Shown here: positions 25,520-39,920 of the stretch, piece after piece
Numbering within the stretch: the stretch's first letter is position 1
Layout: each line of letters opens with the position of its first letter
Origin: Chrysomallon squamiferum
Lineage: Eukaryota > Animalia > Mollusca
Direction of reading: 5' to 3'
DNA: 64,000 bases
NCBI GenBank assembly: GCA_012295275.1
Contig: CM022676.1
Coordinates: 14,074,001 to 14,138,000, forward strand
Program-made: the position numbers and the translations under genes
Notes under the pieces: model-generated
Seen by the model: the letters and a program-made list of their open reading frames with translations, nothing else
Databases searched by the model: none
Told to the model about the DNA's origin: nothing

Positions 25520-27584
25520 CAACAACAACAACAACAATAATAATAATAATAATAGTAATAATAACAACAACAACAACAACAATAATAATAATAATAATGT
25601 TTCAGAGTAAAATTAATATAAACTTCTCAGAAGGCTTCTGTATATCGCGATATTATTATCACTCTGCTAAGGCAGGAATAAATTAGTATACATTAAAATA
25701 AATTTAACTCTGGTAGGTCACCACCAGGTATCGTAGGAAGGAACAGTTATACAAACACCATTTCTGCTGGTGTTGCTACTACTAGTGCTGCTAAATTGTG
25801 TAAAATATTTTAAAAACATGTTTGTATGCAGACACTGAACAATAATAAAGACAATAAAATAATAAAAATAAATAAATCAATAAATAAATATTAATAAATA
25901 AATAAATTTGCTTTTGTTAACAATGTCAGTTTAAAATTCAGGCGTTCCAAAGGTTTATAAAAATTAGAAATAACCACAAGAAGAAGAATAATCAGACACG
26001 GTGTCACCTTACTTGAACAAACATAACAAAAAACGCAGAGTGCTTGGCTGTGAGAATTTGACACATTAAGCAACGACCATAAGTTCAAAAGAGAGACTAA
26101 TAAATAATGGAACCTCATTACAATTGCAGTTCTTAGTGTTGTGAAAATAGATAATTCGTGTAAATGTGATAGAAGTATAAGGTTTACTTAAATGACGCTG
26201 TCAAAAACAAAATTCATGACATTCAGAAAGTGACAGAACACAATCAGTGCATGAATATCTGTCTTTTATAATGACTTTTATTAAATCTAACTTTGCCTTT
26301 TCATAAATGTGAGGGAAATGTTGCTCGTTTTTAATCGATATTACTAGTCTGTGGGTAAGTATATTTACAGAACAAATATATCCATAGAAAAAGCAAAGAG
26401 ACCGACAGAACACCAAAGATTATCTAGTTGTTTTTTTATATGAGATAGAGAAAAGATAGAACAACGACAAATATTAAATACATTTCTATTACTAATTTTA
26501 ATCAGTAATTAAACTGTTTTTAATGATTGAATTTTCATTACCTGGCACTTGTAACTTTGTTACTATTCACACGTGTAAACAAATAGTGTAGTGTGTTTCG
26601 CTTCCGTAAACAAAATATTATTCGAACAAATTTTAAATGAGTTTATGCAGTGATAGAAGACGTGAGAAGCTATATAAATGAAGACAGGTTGAAAGAGAAG
26701 AAAAATGTGCCTTTGTTCGTAAGTGAAAGAACATTTTACCTTTATCTCCTTACACTCGTCATATTCAACATATCTTTTTTCTTTTCTTTTTTACCTTTTT
26801 ATTACATTTTATCATTTATTTATTTATTATATTTTTTTTGTTTTTATTGATTTTTTATTGTTTTTTACTTTTACTTTATTTTATTTTATTGTTTTGTTTT
26901 GTTTTGTTTCTCTTTTTATTATTGTTTTTTTTTCCGAGTCGCTGTGACGCCTTTTCTTTCCTGTCCCGCTCTAAACTGTAGCATTACATTACATTTATTT
27001 AACATTTCGTTACTTAACTTTGTTATCGTCTTTTAGGTTTGTGCTGTAAACTTAGATGATAATCAAGGACTTGCTCATGTAAATATGTTTAAATAATTTG
27101 CTATTCCTGGTTTTACAGGGATCTTTGTGTTTGTTGAGACTCTCAACATAAAGACTGCAGCTGAAATAATGTAGACAATTTTAGAAAGTCACCCAGATTT
27201 CAGTCTCAAAGGCCAGGTGAGCCTGTCATTACACAGTGGACTCTGACAAAAACAAAACTGTCAACTATGAATTAACCTAAGTTTAACCTGTTAGTCAACT
27301 TGGTTATCAAGTCTTTTAGGTTTGTGCTGTAAACATAGGGTCTGCAGCTATTTGGCTGAAACCAAGAACTAGAGTGTGTGTTTTGTCATCAGTGGTAGAG
27401 GTAGAAGAGCCTCAGTCAACAAACAACATGGAGGTAAAATTTAGAAAGACATAGAAAGGAGAAGAGGTTTACTTAGAGCATGTTACAGTTTGTACACAGA
27501 GCTCAACAAGTCATAGTGATAGATTTCAAGTTGACATCTCAAACTGTGATAGTTCTGACGAGCAGAAGAAAACGTTAGAGAAAA

Positions 27585-28360
27585 AACTTAGCAAATACTC
27601 TGTTACAGAGAATACTTAGCAAATACTCGGATGTTACAGAGAACACTTAGCAAATACACTGATGTTATAGACAATACTTAGCAAATACTCTGATGTTACA
27701 GAGAACACTTAGCAAATACTCTGATGTTACAGAGAACACGTAACAAATACACTGATGTTACAGAGAATATTTAACACATACTCTGATGTTACAGAGAACA
27801 CTTAACAAATATTCTGATGTTACAGAGAATACTTAACAAATACTCTGATGTTACAGAGAACACTTAACAAATACTCTGATGTTACAGAGAACACTTAGCA
27901 AATACTCTCATGTTACAGAGAACACTTAACAAATACTCTGATGTTACAGAGAATACTTAACAAATACTCTGATGTTACAGAGAACACTTAACAAATACTC
28001 TGATGTTACAGAGAATACTTAACAAATACACTCATATTAGAATACTTAACAAATACTCTGATGTTACAGAGAACACTTAACAAATACTCTGATGTTACAG
28101 AGAACACTTAACAAATACTCTGATGTTACAGAGAACACTTAACAAATACTCTGATGTTACAGATAATACTTAGCAAATACACTGATGTTACAGAGAATAT
28201 TTAACACATACTCTGATGTTACAGAGAACACTTAACAAATACTCTGATGTTAGAGAACACTTAACAAATACTCTGATGTTAGAGAGAACATTTAACAAAT
28301 ACTCTGATGTTACAGAGAACATTTTACAAATACTCGGATGTTACAGAGAAAACTTTACAA
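27585..28360. repeat. 31-bp minisatellite, about 24 copies
   Basis: Unit GTTACAGAGAACACTTAACAAATACTCTGAT. Confidence 0.95.
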
Positions 28361-29035
28361 CTAATCTGTTGTATTTTCTAAAGATAATCTTCATTTGAGG
28401 TTTACTGACAAATAAAACATCACATACACACAACTGATAACATACCAGTGTCTCAACTGTACAGAAGAATTCCACACAGTCAGTATCAGGAAGTCAAGGA
28501 GTTCATCAAGAAACTTTTAAAACAAGATGTAATTTGACCCTGTCATGGCCCATATTCATCTCCTACTGTTATAGTGAGAAAAACACAATGCAATTAAACT
28601 GTGTGTGGACTACAGGTGGCTGAATGCTCAAACTAGTTTAATAATTTCATTTAATACTATTGATATGAATTCAATATTTATTTTGGTATATTGTGCAATA
28701 TCTTTTTTTAAAAATGGTATTTAAAATTAAAATATGGAGTTTTGTTTTGTTTTGTATTTTAAATATTAGTATTGTAATGTTTTAATTATTACTTCCCTTA
28801 CTCTGAGATTTACTTTTCTCGCATGTTTTAGCTGTACACAGACAGACAATGCTCATTCTAGAATGTTCACTGGGCTGGTGTTGATTATGGATTGGCTAAT
28901 GTTTTGTCCTGGTAAATTTGAAATAAGTTGTTTTAAACTATTTTTTATTTTATAACTTCAACTTTTAAAATCATTCCAGTTTTGATTTTATTGAGAAGCA
29001 AGAAGTAATATGTTTCTAACAAATAACCTCAGTGT

Positions 29036-29428
29036 GTGTTTAAAACAGGGATGGTATTGACTTCTATTTTATATACAGCTAGACAATTCTTTATGAATTT
29101 GTATTTATTTAAAACATGGATATTACTAACTTCTATTTTATATACAACTAGACAATTCTTTATCAATTTGTATTTATTTAAAACATGGATGGTATTGACT
29201 TCTATTTTATATACAACTAGACAATTCTTTATCAATCTGTATTTATTTGAAACATGGATGGTATTGACTTCTATTTTATATGCAACTAGTAAATTCTTTA
29301 TCAGTTTGTATTTATTTAAAACAGGGATGGTATTGACTTCTATTTTATATACAACTAGACAGTTCTTTGTGAGTTTGTATTTATTTAAAACATGGATGAT
29401 ATTGACTTCTATTTTATATACAACTAGA
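29036..29428. repeat. 69-bp minisatellite, about 5.7 copies
   Basis: Unit TTTAAAACATGGATGGTATTGACTTCTATTTTATATACAACTAGACAATTCTTTATCAATTTGTATTTA. Confidence 0.95.
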
Positions 29429-29682
29429 GGATCCTGTATCAGAAATTCTGAAATCTGAAGCTTTCTGAGCAGTTGAAAAAGTGATGTCCAACAGTTTTCA
29501 GATGTTTTTGTAGAGTTTTACTTTCATATATACTGAATAATCCAGAGCACAATTTATTAAATGTATGTTTAAGTAGTTATTGTTACAATTTATAATAATG
29601 TTAATCTTCACATGGAAATACATTTACAAATGAGTATTTTCTCAGTAAACACAGCTGATACATATTCATTATTTCTGTGCAG

Positions 29683-29824
29683 CTGGTGACACTGGTTGTA
29701 TGGAGTAAGTGTTACTTATGTCGCTACTTACAAAACTGTGTGTTTTATGTGATTAGAGGTAAACTGAGACTTTAGTAATCCTGGACCACATCTCATTATA
29801 AGTGAACATATAGAAGTGCACTGC

Positions 29825-29889
<65 letters not shown>

Positions 29890-32157
29890 GATTATTGATG
29901 ATATTCTTGTAGTTGTTGTTATTATTCAAATCTTAATACAGACTAATTAAAAGATAAATACAACAATGTGGAATAAAATGTTAAAATATATGGTAATACC
30001 GAATTGCGAAAATGACACTTTTTGCTATGTTTATGTTAGTATTTTCATTGTTATGCATGACTAGGTCATTTCTTTGTAACTGACAAAAGTAGTAGTATTT
30101 CTGTGCTACCTGTAAAAATTGGTGGAGATTACAGAATATTGCATTTTATATCTATGTTAATTTTCATATGCTAGTATTTTTAGGATAATTTTTGTTCATT
30201 TCCATAATCCCAGGATTAGAAAAATGGAATCATGCCTATCATGGTATCTTCTAGATATTAATGTATTTCTGTGAGAGACAATAGAAGCCCTGTTACAAAA
30301 TAGTTGAGCTTAAGAAGAAAATGTCAAAATGAAGTAAATTGCTTTTCTCTCAATACTACTTTCCACAGTTATATAATTAGCACTGAAGAATTTCTATTGA
30401 TCAACTAATTTATATTCAGGACAGTCCAAGGCAAGAGGAGTATTTTATAAAGCAAGAATACCAAAATGTCACTGATGTTTCTGTCCCAGGTCAAGTAAGT
30501 ATTAGTCAGTGTAAAAATATTACAAAAGTGTTTATCTGATGCACTGTATTACTTTATTTATAAGTTGTTGATTTCTCATTTCCAGTTTGGAAGTATTTTA
30601 TAATAGTCATAATGAGATTTTTTTTCATTTTCTTAACCTTGTCCGACAGTTTTGTTTCACTGGTGTTACTACAGGTGAAATCTGTGAGTTGAGAAATAAC
30701 AGCCACTCCTAGTTGATCTTCCAACATGTAGATGTCAGCAAACAAGTAGTACATGCACAAGAATGACTCTGTTTTTCTAAAATATATCAGTAAAATGAAC
30801 TGATGGTTTATTCAGTCTCATTAGTGTTGTTGTCATAAACCTGGGTCAGTTTGTCCTCTGTGGAGATGTCAGTCTTACAATAGTTTTATATTTAATCTTT
30901 CTGTGTCACTGTGTCTGTTACTAAATTTCTTTGATTTGAAACCTTGTCTTGTTTCCTTCTTCTTCAGTCATTATTATTATTTTATTCCTTACATTCCTCT
31001 ATCCTCTTCTGCCCCACTGCACAGTATTATTGCAATACATTAATTTAGATTCTATAAATATTAAAAAGAAATTTTAAAACTTGATTTTAAAAAATTATTA
31101 AAATATTTTTGCTATATATACTATATTCAAATATTTTAATTTCTTTTATTTATTTATTTATTGAAATATTTTAATTTACACTTAATTTTTCTTACATTTA
31201 TAAGACAAAATAAAAGTTAAATAGTTAACTTGTATGTCTGTGTTCTTGTTTTATAATTAAAACTGCATTATTGTTTTATTTTCTTTATTTAATGTTCTTA
31301 GATAATTAATAGTGTGGCTTGAAATTCAAATTGAAGAATAAATTGCAGATATAAAAACATTTCATAACATTTGCATCATAAAGTTACAAAGCCAAAAAAA
31401 AAAACAAAAACAGGACAGCACACACAAAAAACATAATTTCATGAAGAATTCAATCCATGGTTTAAATTAGTTTTGTATTTCAGAAACAAAATTTGCCCAT
31501 TAAATGTTATTACTAAATTTGTTATTATTCTTAAATTTTTAATTCTCTTTTTTTATTTGTAGGATTCAGAAGTTAGGCAAATGAAATTCTTGATTATTTG
31601 GACATCCCTGGAAACCCTGTTGGTCTTTTCAAAGATATCACAGAAAGATCTCTGGCCTTGTTAATGGAAATGTGAGTGGATTTGCTAGAAATGTTGTCAT
31701 GGTGTTTCTAATTCTGCAGCAAAGTTAGTTGTAACAGTTCTCTGTATTACCTCTCTTTGAGGGAATGATATTTCATTTAATCTTAAATCAAAGGTTTAAT
31801 GCTTTAACTAAAAATCTTAATTTTGCACCTTGTAAATAAAATGATATAAAAACTTGTGACTTAAAATTATGACTAGAAAATTACATTGTAAAATTACTGA
31901 ATACTTTCATTATGATGTTTTGATAACCAAACAAATGCAATCTTGACTTCGGAATGAATGAACTGTTTTATATTGTTAAACAAAGAAGCATTTATTTAAG
32001 TATTTTGGTAACTTGTTATGGTAATTGATGCAGTACTTCTCTCCAGAAGCAAAATCAAAGAAATTATCATACATTAATATTGTTATTAGCATAATATTTC
32101 ATCATTTCTTTATTATTATTATTACTCTTTTATCTTCTTTATTTATTTATTCTTCTT

Positions 32158-32190
<33 letters not shown>

Positions 32191-33320
32191 TTTTCATGAA
32201 CTTAATAAATTTTAAATTATTTCAAGATTATGAGTATCTTGTGCAGGTAGCAGTTCTATATTTGACAGGTACAATATCCATGGAAACCAATACACTCAAG
32301 GGAGGTAATTCATCAGGTCTCATTGCAGCAGGTTTTAAGAATCTGTGATATGAAACATTGGTTTTACACTCTTCATGCAGAATTCCAGGACATCATGTAC
32401 CTGTTGTTTAAATGCTCCTTCAAAACAAGACCCGAGCTGCATATGTCTCAGTCTTTCAACTGTTGAAGGTTGAAGCTGAACAAAACTTCAAGATGAAGCC
32501 ACAGATTATCTAGACTGACTTTGAGAAAGCTGTATCCAGTGCAGCAATGGAAGAGTTCAAGGAGATGTTTTTTTCAGCAGTGCCCAAGTTCTGTGAAGGA
32601 AGATTCAGCATATTGGTCACACAAAGAATATTCTGGTAACAGTAGTGTAAGATTTACAGGCACCTAGTTCAAGTTCTTAGTGATTAGGTAAAACAAACTA
32701 ATAATAGTTCTCTGTCTTAATATACTAACAGATTAGTCTCAAACTTTCCTTTCATTTATATATATTCTATAAAAAAATGTATGTCTTCAGCTATTTTACA
32801 CCTAATATCAAACTATATTACAGTGCAAATTAATTATTTACTTTTTTATTTGGTTTATGTTCAATTAATTATTTTTCTGAGGATTTAGATTTTAGATTAA
32901 AATAAACTAATGTAGTAATAACTATATTAATTCACACTGCAGGAAACTGTATTCATACTGGTGAAAATACTGTTTATTAATGTTTAGTTACTTTTTTTTT
33001 TTTTTTAATATCTGTTTAATTTATTACACATCCTTTCTAAGTTTTAGTTGTAGAGTTCATAACAGTTAATAATGATATTAATCAAAAATATTTATATTTA
33101 TTACAGGGATTCTTGAATGGAGCTGGTTGATAATGGAGATATTGAAACTGTGTTCAATTCTGTTTCAGGAATGTTTGATTTGACGTCAGCTCTAAATTCC
33201 AATCACAGACAGAACCCAGCTTGACTCCATCCCCAGAGATGTTGCTGTGTTCTGGTGGGTTGCTTCCAGCATATTCAAGTCCACAAACAGAGTTCAGCAG
33301 CTGCAGTTGTCAGTGGTAAT
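29683..33320 (+). pseudogene. Series of plus-strand exon-like blocks of a decayed spliced gene or lncRNA
   Basis: 30420-30494 (cag|DSPRQEEYFIKQEYQNVTDVSVPGQ|gtaagt, open), 31563-31671 (tag|...|gtgagt, frameshifted), 29683-29704 and 33108-33315. Confidence 0.3.
32362..32635 (+). mobile_element. Mutator/MULE transposase remnant
   Basis: Broken frame YTLHA..HVPVV.MLLQNKTRAAYVSVFQLLK...KPQII*TDFEKAVSSAAMEEF...RKIQHIG..KEY matches the MULE DDE core pattern. Confidence 0.8.
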
Positions 33321-33457
33321 ATTTTTACTCACAGTTTTAATATGTTAATGATACACAACACAACTGAGAGGTAAGCTGCTCAGTTGTCAGTGGTAATATT
33401 TTTACTCATAGTTTTAATATGTTAATGATGCACAACACAACTGAGAGGTAAGCTGCT
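33304..33457. repeat. 77-bp direct tandem duplication
   Basis: CAGTTGTCAGTGGTAAT...GAGAGGTAAGCTGCT at 33304 and 33381. Confidence 0.9.
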
Positions 33458-33950
33458 TTCTCAAATGTTTTCATTAATACAGCATCTAGGCTTTTAAAGC
33501 AATCTGTGTTAAAAGGTGAATATAAACATGATATGAGACATTAAACTCAAAAGATGATTGCCTTCTTTTCCTTATTTTTTATTTTTTGTTATTTTTATTT
33601 CTGTTTGTATTTACTTTTTTGTTTAACTACAGATAGATAGATATACAGATATCATATATGTTTTATCATTTTTTATGTATCGTTTGTTTGTTCTTTTTTC
33701 ATAATTAATTTGAATATTTATTTTTACATTTTTTATTCTTTTTACTTTTAATTATATACTTAATATGAAAAAAATTGTTTCTTTATTTTCTTTATTTATT
33801 TTTTGAATTCCTTCAGAATCAGTGATATAAATAATTTGTCTTTGTTAGAATCCAGTGTCAGATCAGCCCAGGAGACAGTCTACTAGTCTGAGCTGACAAC
33901 AAAAACAGAGGAAGAATTTTTTGTGAAACATCCAGTCACATGTGAGAAGT

Positions 33951-34304
33951 CAGCCATTGATTAGAAAGTGACTTTAGATGTAGTAACAGACAGTCATGTT
34001 GATATTTTAATTGATACATTAGTATATTGAATATTAAAAAAGTGAACGTTACTTTATAAAAATGTTAAGATTTTGCCAATTTTCAGTTTATTGATCGCAG
34101 TGTTTCTTCGTCAGCCATTGATTAGAAATTTAGTGAATTTGCTAGACAGAGGATACATTTAGATTAAGTAACTGTAATACACACATACAGTCATGTTAAC
34201 ACTTTCATTGTTACCTTAGTATATTGTTATCAAAAAAGTGAATGTTACTTCATAAAACTGTTTAGATTTTGCCAATTTTAAGTTTATTAATCCCAGTGTT
34301 TCTT
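33951..34304. repeat. Diverged ~160-190 bp tandem duplication
   Basis: CAGCCATTGATTAGAAA...GATTTTGCCAATTTT..AGTGTTTCTT at 33951 and 34112. Confidence 0.8.
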
Positions 34305-35165
34305 AGTTTATAAAGTAACTGAATTTCCCCTAATTATAAAATACAACTTCTAAACAGCCCATGGACGTCTGCATACTCTCTGCTATTTAGTTTTTGTGTA
34401 GTTACCCCCATTACCTGACAATAATTAGCTAAACGTTGAAGAACTATATAAATATGAATTTATAAACATGATTATATACGATAGTTAAATAAATATTACC
34501 GTATTATAATAATAAACAAATATAAATTGTATCAGTCATTCTGCTTTAAAAGGGCATATCAAAACAATATCATACGAAACTTCCTGGACCTATCGGGCAT
34601 GAACTGCGCCTTTATTGTAACACGGGATTTCTTCACAACTCTGACTGTTGATCTTTAGCAGTGACCCGCACTGATTTGCTGGATTTCTGTTCCAGTATAC
34701 CGAGGACATGATCAGCAAGACACTCTTCACAATGCTTAACTGAAGAGACTTTTGTTTATTTATTTATTTTCTTATTTATTTATTTATTTATTGATTTATT
34801 TTTTTTTTATTTTTTTTCTTTTCCTTTTATAAATAAATCATTTTCGCCTTGGATTTATTTTCTAATTTTTAAACATGAACAACCTAACGACATCTATCTG
34901 AATCTGTATGTTTTGGCGGCTAAGAAAGGAAGAAAGGCATGTCGTTTCATTTCCTGTGTTAGAGTCAAAGATTCCTTGTTAACATTAAAGAAAGAGACAA
35001 GATGCCAAGTTAATTTTGGTCACTAATTTCTTCTTAAAGTGCTGTTATCGAATTCTAGATAATTCCGTGGTATAAATGTGTTATCTTTGTACAGTAATAA
35101 TTAAGTAAGTCAGATGAAGATGTAAGTGTATTATATTATCACGTAACAAGTTAAAAAGTACTTAC

Positions 35166-35472
35166 ATTGAACAGTGATGTAGAGACGATTATTCAAACTG
35201 TTTTACAAAATTTACAACTCCATGGTCCAATATCTGCGCTGTTGATATCACTGATGCTCAATGTATAATCTTGTTAATCACAGATATCTTGTTATCCATA
35301 ATTATATTTTTAACAGTGTGGATTATTTTCAAGAGGGTAACATACATATGTATTTTTACCTCTTATAAATAGAATATCAGTGAGTTGATTTCTGCTGGTT
35401 TGACAGAATATGTCAGTACAGCTGTGTGTCGTTCCGTACCATTTGATTGTGCTCTTAGTTCCAGCTGCAGCG
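35166..35472 (-). pseudogene. Dead V-like Ig exon of similar type to Ig1/Ig2
   Basis: ttcag| ... T|gtaagt, 307 nt; fragments AVLTYSV (B-strand Cys position is Tyr), ILFIRGKNTYVCYPLENNPHC, DYTLSISDINSADIGPWSC, NRLYITVQ; stops and frameshifts. Confidence 0.72.
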
Positions 35473-38310
35473 CTGAATTAATACAATTAGTCCATAGCTA
35501 AATGAACTAATTTTATGACAAATACATTTTATAAGATCAATATTGTACAGACAAGATTTATATACGAAAATGAATTAAGATACGTATATTTCCAGTGGCT
35601 TCTTCTAATCCTTTAGAATATATTTGTGATTATAACTCAAGTGAGACACTGAAAAAAGACAAAGAAACTAATAAGTCAAAAACAACGAGAACAATACTAG
35701 AACCAGCAGCAACGACAAAATCTATAAATACTAATACTAATAATCAATGTTGATAACAAGATGAAGATGATGATGATGATATTGAAATAAAATTAATCAT
35801 CACATAATATAATCTGGAAATGTGTTGCACGTAAAACTCTAAATAGTAAACAACAACGACGATGTTCATAAAATCAACGACAACAAGGACAAACATTTTT
35901 ATAATTTTCCTTGTACTACTTGTGATAACAGTAGAATAAATAGAACAGTACTAATAGCTACAAACGTTTTAGTAACAGTAGTAATAGTAATTCCTGCAAT
36001 AATAGTACTTGTAATAGTAATAGTAGTAGTAGTCGTAAAAGTAGTTGTACAAATAACAATATTAGTAACAAGATTTGTCTCATTTGAAGTAGTAGGAACA
36101 GAATAAGTGGTAATAACAATAGAACCAGTATTAATACTAACGTTAATAATAAAACAGTAGAAACAGTAAAAGAGATATTAAAATTAGTAGAAGTAGTTGT
36201 AGTAAAATAGTAGGAACACTGGCAAAAGTATTAGCAATATCTGTACAAATAGTAGTTATAGGAGTACTAAAGTAAACCTAGGTAGTAGTTGTTGCGGTAA
36301 TACTGATTTAGACACATCACATTCTTTTTTCATAGTGTCATTAATCCTCACATTTTAAACATTTACTGAAGCAAACACAGATTACAACTGTCAGTAAGAC
36401 ACGTGAAACAAGAGAAAAAGACATGTAACATAAAAAAAATCTAAGTCAAAATGAAATACAGTATTTTTAATCGCAAAATCGCATCAAAATGCTGAGATGC
36501 TGCTGAAAGCTAATTTAAAGGCAACTTTCTTGTGACACTGAATGAAAGTGAACAAAAAGGGCTGAATATATATATATATATATATTTGTCATCTTTCACT
36601 TCCTTGTCTGTGATCTGCAAGAATTATTACGATTAAAACCTGGAAAGTGAAACAGGATTCGATGTGTACAAAAATGTCTGTGTTGTATTAATGAGTCTCT
36701 GTATCTGTGTGTGTATGAGTGTATGTGTGTGTTGTACAAGTGTGTATTTGCGGGTATGTGTGTATATTTTTTTATATATGTGTTTTTGTGTATATGTGAG
36801 TATATATACCCGTGGACGTGTGTAAGTGTGAGTTTGTATATTTGTGTTTTTGTATTTGCATGTATGATCATTGTTATTAATTTGGCTTTGAGAGATATAG
36901 AAAATTAAATACATAAAATATGCTGAACAAATTGAAATTGAAGAGAGAGAATTTTAAATCACAGAACATGCTTAATATACAGTTTTGCTTATTTCACTTT
37001 CTATATTAATTCATTCTTTAAAACACTGAATTAAAGTAAAACATACGAAGAGATATCCAGTTTAGGTACAATTCATTTATGTAACCTTGTTTTCACTATA
37101 AGCAAACCTTCGATTCACTGCAAAGTTTTTGCATGTGTATATACAAAACTTTATAGCAAGTGCATACGGAAAATCGCCCTAAATTGTTTCCTACCGGGTC
37201 AAATTGCTGTAGATTTTAGGTACAACTCAAAAGAAGTGGCTCTATTTAAAATTATTTTATTTCTGTGTTATTTATACGTTTAATAGCTCATAGACAGCGT
37301 GTTTTATTACCTATAATCTGACTGTATATAATATGAATACGTTCTGAAATAGACGAATTCTTATCGTGTTTTGCCGATCACTATCAGACAGACGATTGTT
37401 TTGCTTTCAAAATTCTTGCGAGAACGGCGAATTAAGAATCCTTAATCCTAAACTATACTAGATAACGGAATAATGTATTTAGAGGTATTGGTAGAAAGGA
37501 GAATAAAAAGCTAATGATTTTCATAAATATCATAAAATCATTATTTTTGTTTGTTCATAAGCCCCATCAGGAAATTTCAACAATGGTCAGATGAGAGGTA
37601 TCATACGTATCACACCTTTAGTACATGAAATGCTGGTAGTTTTGTTTTTTTCAGTAACAGTTATATTTGTAAACTGTGTTTGTGCAAAGTCAAATCTTCG
37701 TTTTATAATTCCTTTCACGGTAATACTTAACATAAAACCCCCAAATTAAAAGAACCCTCACTGGATGTTACTGATGACATGTCAGTTTCCTAATAAATCA
37801 ACCATAAAATAATACTGATTAAATCTTTCTTTTTTTAGATGTTTAAAGTAGCCTATCTGAATAAGTTAATGCATGTTTAGCAACATGATCCAGTCATTGT
37901 AACGTTTTGCTTGACTTCTTTTAGTGTCATCAGTCACATCCGATCACATTGATGTTGCTTTTTAAATAATGACCTTTTATCAACAACAAATGGTTTCAAA
38001 ATATCTTCTACTTCTAAAATTTATGAACAATAAAAGTAAGACTTTCCATTAATATTAGAATTTCCACTTAAAAATAATTTTCAAAATATTCCCTATGTGT
38101 CACACGTCAAGGCTCAGCTTTTGAGATTGGGTTATTATATATATGTGTGTATGTGCGTATGCACGCTCGCATACGTGTGTGTTTCCTGCATGAACTCACG
38201 TCCTGTATTTGCTGTTCAGAAAATAAATATGAATAATGAATGACTGACTGACATCACTTGCTTTGTTTTATTCGTGACAAAATTTCTGTAATGATTAGAA
38301 TGTAGCTTAC

Positions 38311-38369
38311 AGGCGCACTACACATTATATCCATATCAGTAACAGCATCAATGTCTTTATGTTTTCCAT
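38311..38369 (-). pseudogene. Possible decayed leader exon (MENIKTLMLLLIWI*...) of the 35 kb Ig pseudogene
   Basis: ATG, hydrophobic run, in-frame stop, |gtaag donor; a 12-nt cag|...|gtgagt micro-exon lies near 38200. Confidence 0.28.
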
Positions 38370-39084
38370 TGTGTGGATAAAAAGAAACATATTATTATTA
38401 TTATTATGATCATGATTATCATCATCATCATTATTATTATTATTGTTGTTGTTGTTATTATTGCTATTATTATTAAAACTATTTGATATTAAAAACAATG
38501 ACAATGGAAAGTAGTTTTACTTTGTAACGGTAGCGTTCAAAAACATCACGATACGAACGAGTGAACTGAAAGATCATGAAAAGCAGCGAAGCAATAATTT
38601 CGATTATTCATACTGGCCTGTAGGACGTTTTTATAGTCATGACTGACAAAACATTCATTCAAGATATCAGTAACCGGCGTAAATCTACAGAAAACAATAT
38701 TAAGATACTGAAAGAAAAGATGTACATTGTTTCCAAGGGCTGTCTTTAATTTTACAAAAGCTGTGTTAATGTATGAAACACGATATGTATTCTCATTTTA
38801 GACTATATATATATATATACACACACGCACGCACACACACACATAGAGACTACATTCATAATTCAGACACACACATACAAACCCACACAAAGATGGACAC
38901 TGTGACGAAGATAAATAATCTGGTCTTCAGATAAACCAAAACCCGATTATCTATAAAAGTGTGATTCATTAGATACATTTGTTTTACGTATACAAACATA
39001 AAGTATTTTACTAAAATAATATTTTTTTTCATATCTAAACTTCAGATAATCTACTTTTATATATGAGATAGATTATTATTATTA

Positions 39085-39118
<34 letters not shown>

Positions 39119-39510
39119 CATTATTATTATTATTTTTATTTTATTTTTATTTTATTTTTCATTAAATTTTAAAGTTACATCAATTACCGGCTAGGATACA
39201 GCCAGTTTTCACTGATAAACTAACACAGCTTTGAAATTTGTTTACCCGCGTGGCTTAGCTTTTGTCTTCGATTCCTCGGTTCAGACGAAGTTGAGGTTCA
39301 TGTTGTGTTTCGGGAAGCTACAAGCGAGCTGTTGCATGTGACAGCGGTTCCGTTTGATGGACACAAGGGCACGTGAGAGAATTTCAAACTTTGGCCTTGC
39401 TTTGATAAGCGTTTCGCGGCGATATCTATAAGAGACTTGTCTAACCTTGTCATCAGGCAGAGTAATCTTTGTGTGTGTATCTGAAAGTAATTGCAAATGT
39501 AGAGTATATA

Positions 39511-39549
<39 letters not shown>

Positions 39550-39800
39550 CTGTGTGTGTGTGTGTGTGTGTGTGAGCGCGCGTGCGTTAACGTAATAACT
39601 TGATTCTCCCATGACAGATTCCGTCATTAATTATTTTGACTGATGTTTCCACAAAATCGTAAATCATGTAGTTGCGATTGTTATACTTCATAACATTACA
39701 AGTCATATTCTATTTAAAAGTAAATAACTCAAACTGTACCCTTGTTGATGTGTTATTTACCTAGTTGATACATATGTGTGTGTTTGAGTGTGCGTGTATA

Positions 39801-39920
39801 TGTGTGTCACGTTGTCAATGCTTAAAGTGCTCGTTATGATATCTAGGGGATTAGAACACTATGACGTGTTAAATAGTAACAGTAATATATAATACCAACC
39901 AATTTAAGCATTGACACCAT

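Noticed and set aside
27585-29428. CRISPR-like arrays
   Set aside because: Head-to-tail units with no unique spacers, eukaryotic context, no cas genes.
29036-29458. 140-aa ORF with 23-aa repeats
   Set aside because: Open only because the 69-bp unit is a multiple of 3 with no stop in that frame; no other coding evidence.
34575-34740. EGF-like CEEIPCYNKG on the minus strand in an exon-like block
   Set aside because: Only two cysteines match and the frames I read contain stops; too weak to call.
39250-39470. CpG-rich patch as RNA gene or exon
   Set aside because: No Pol III boxes, recognisable fold, splice boundaries or protein motif found.
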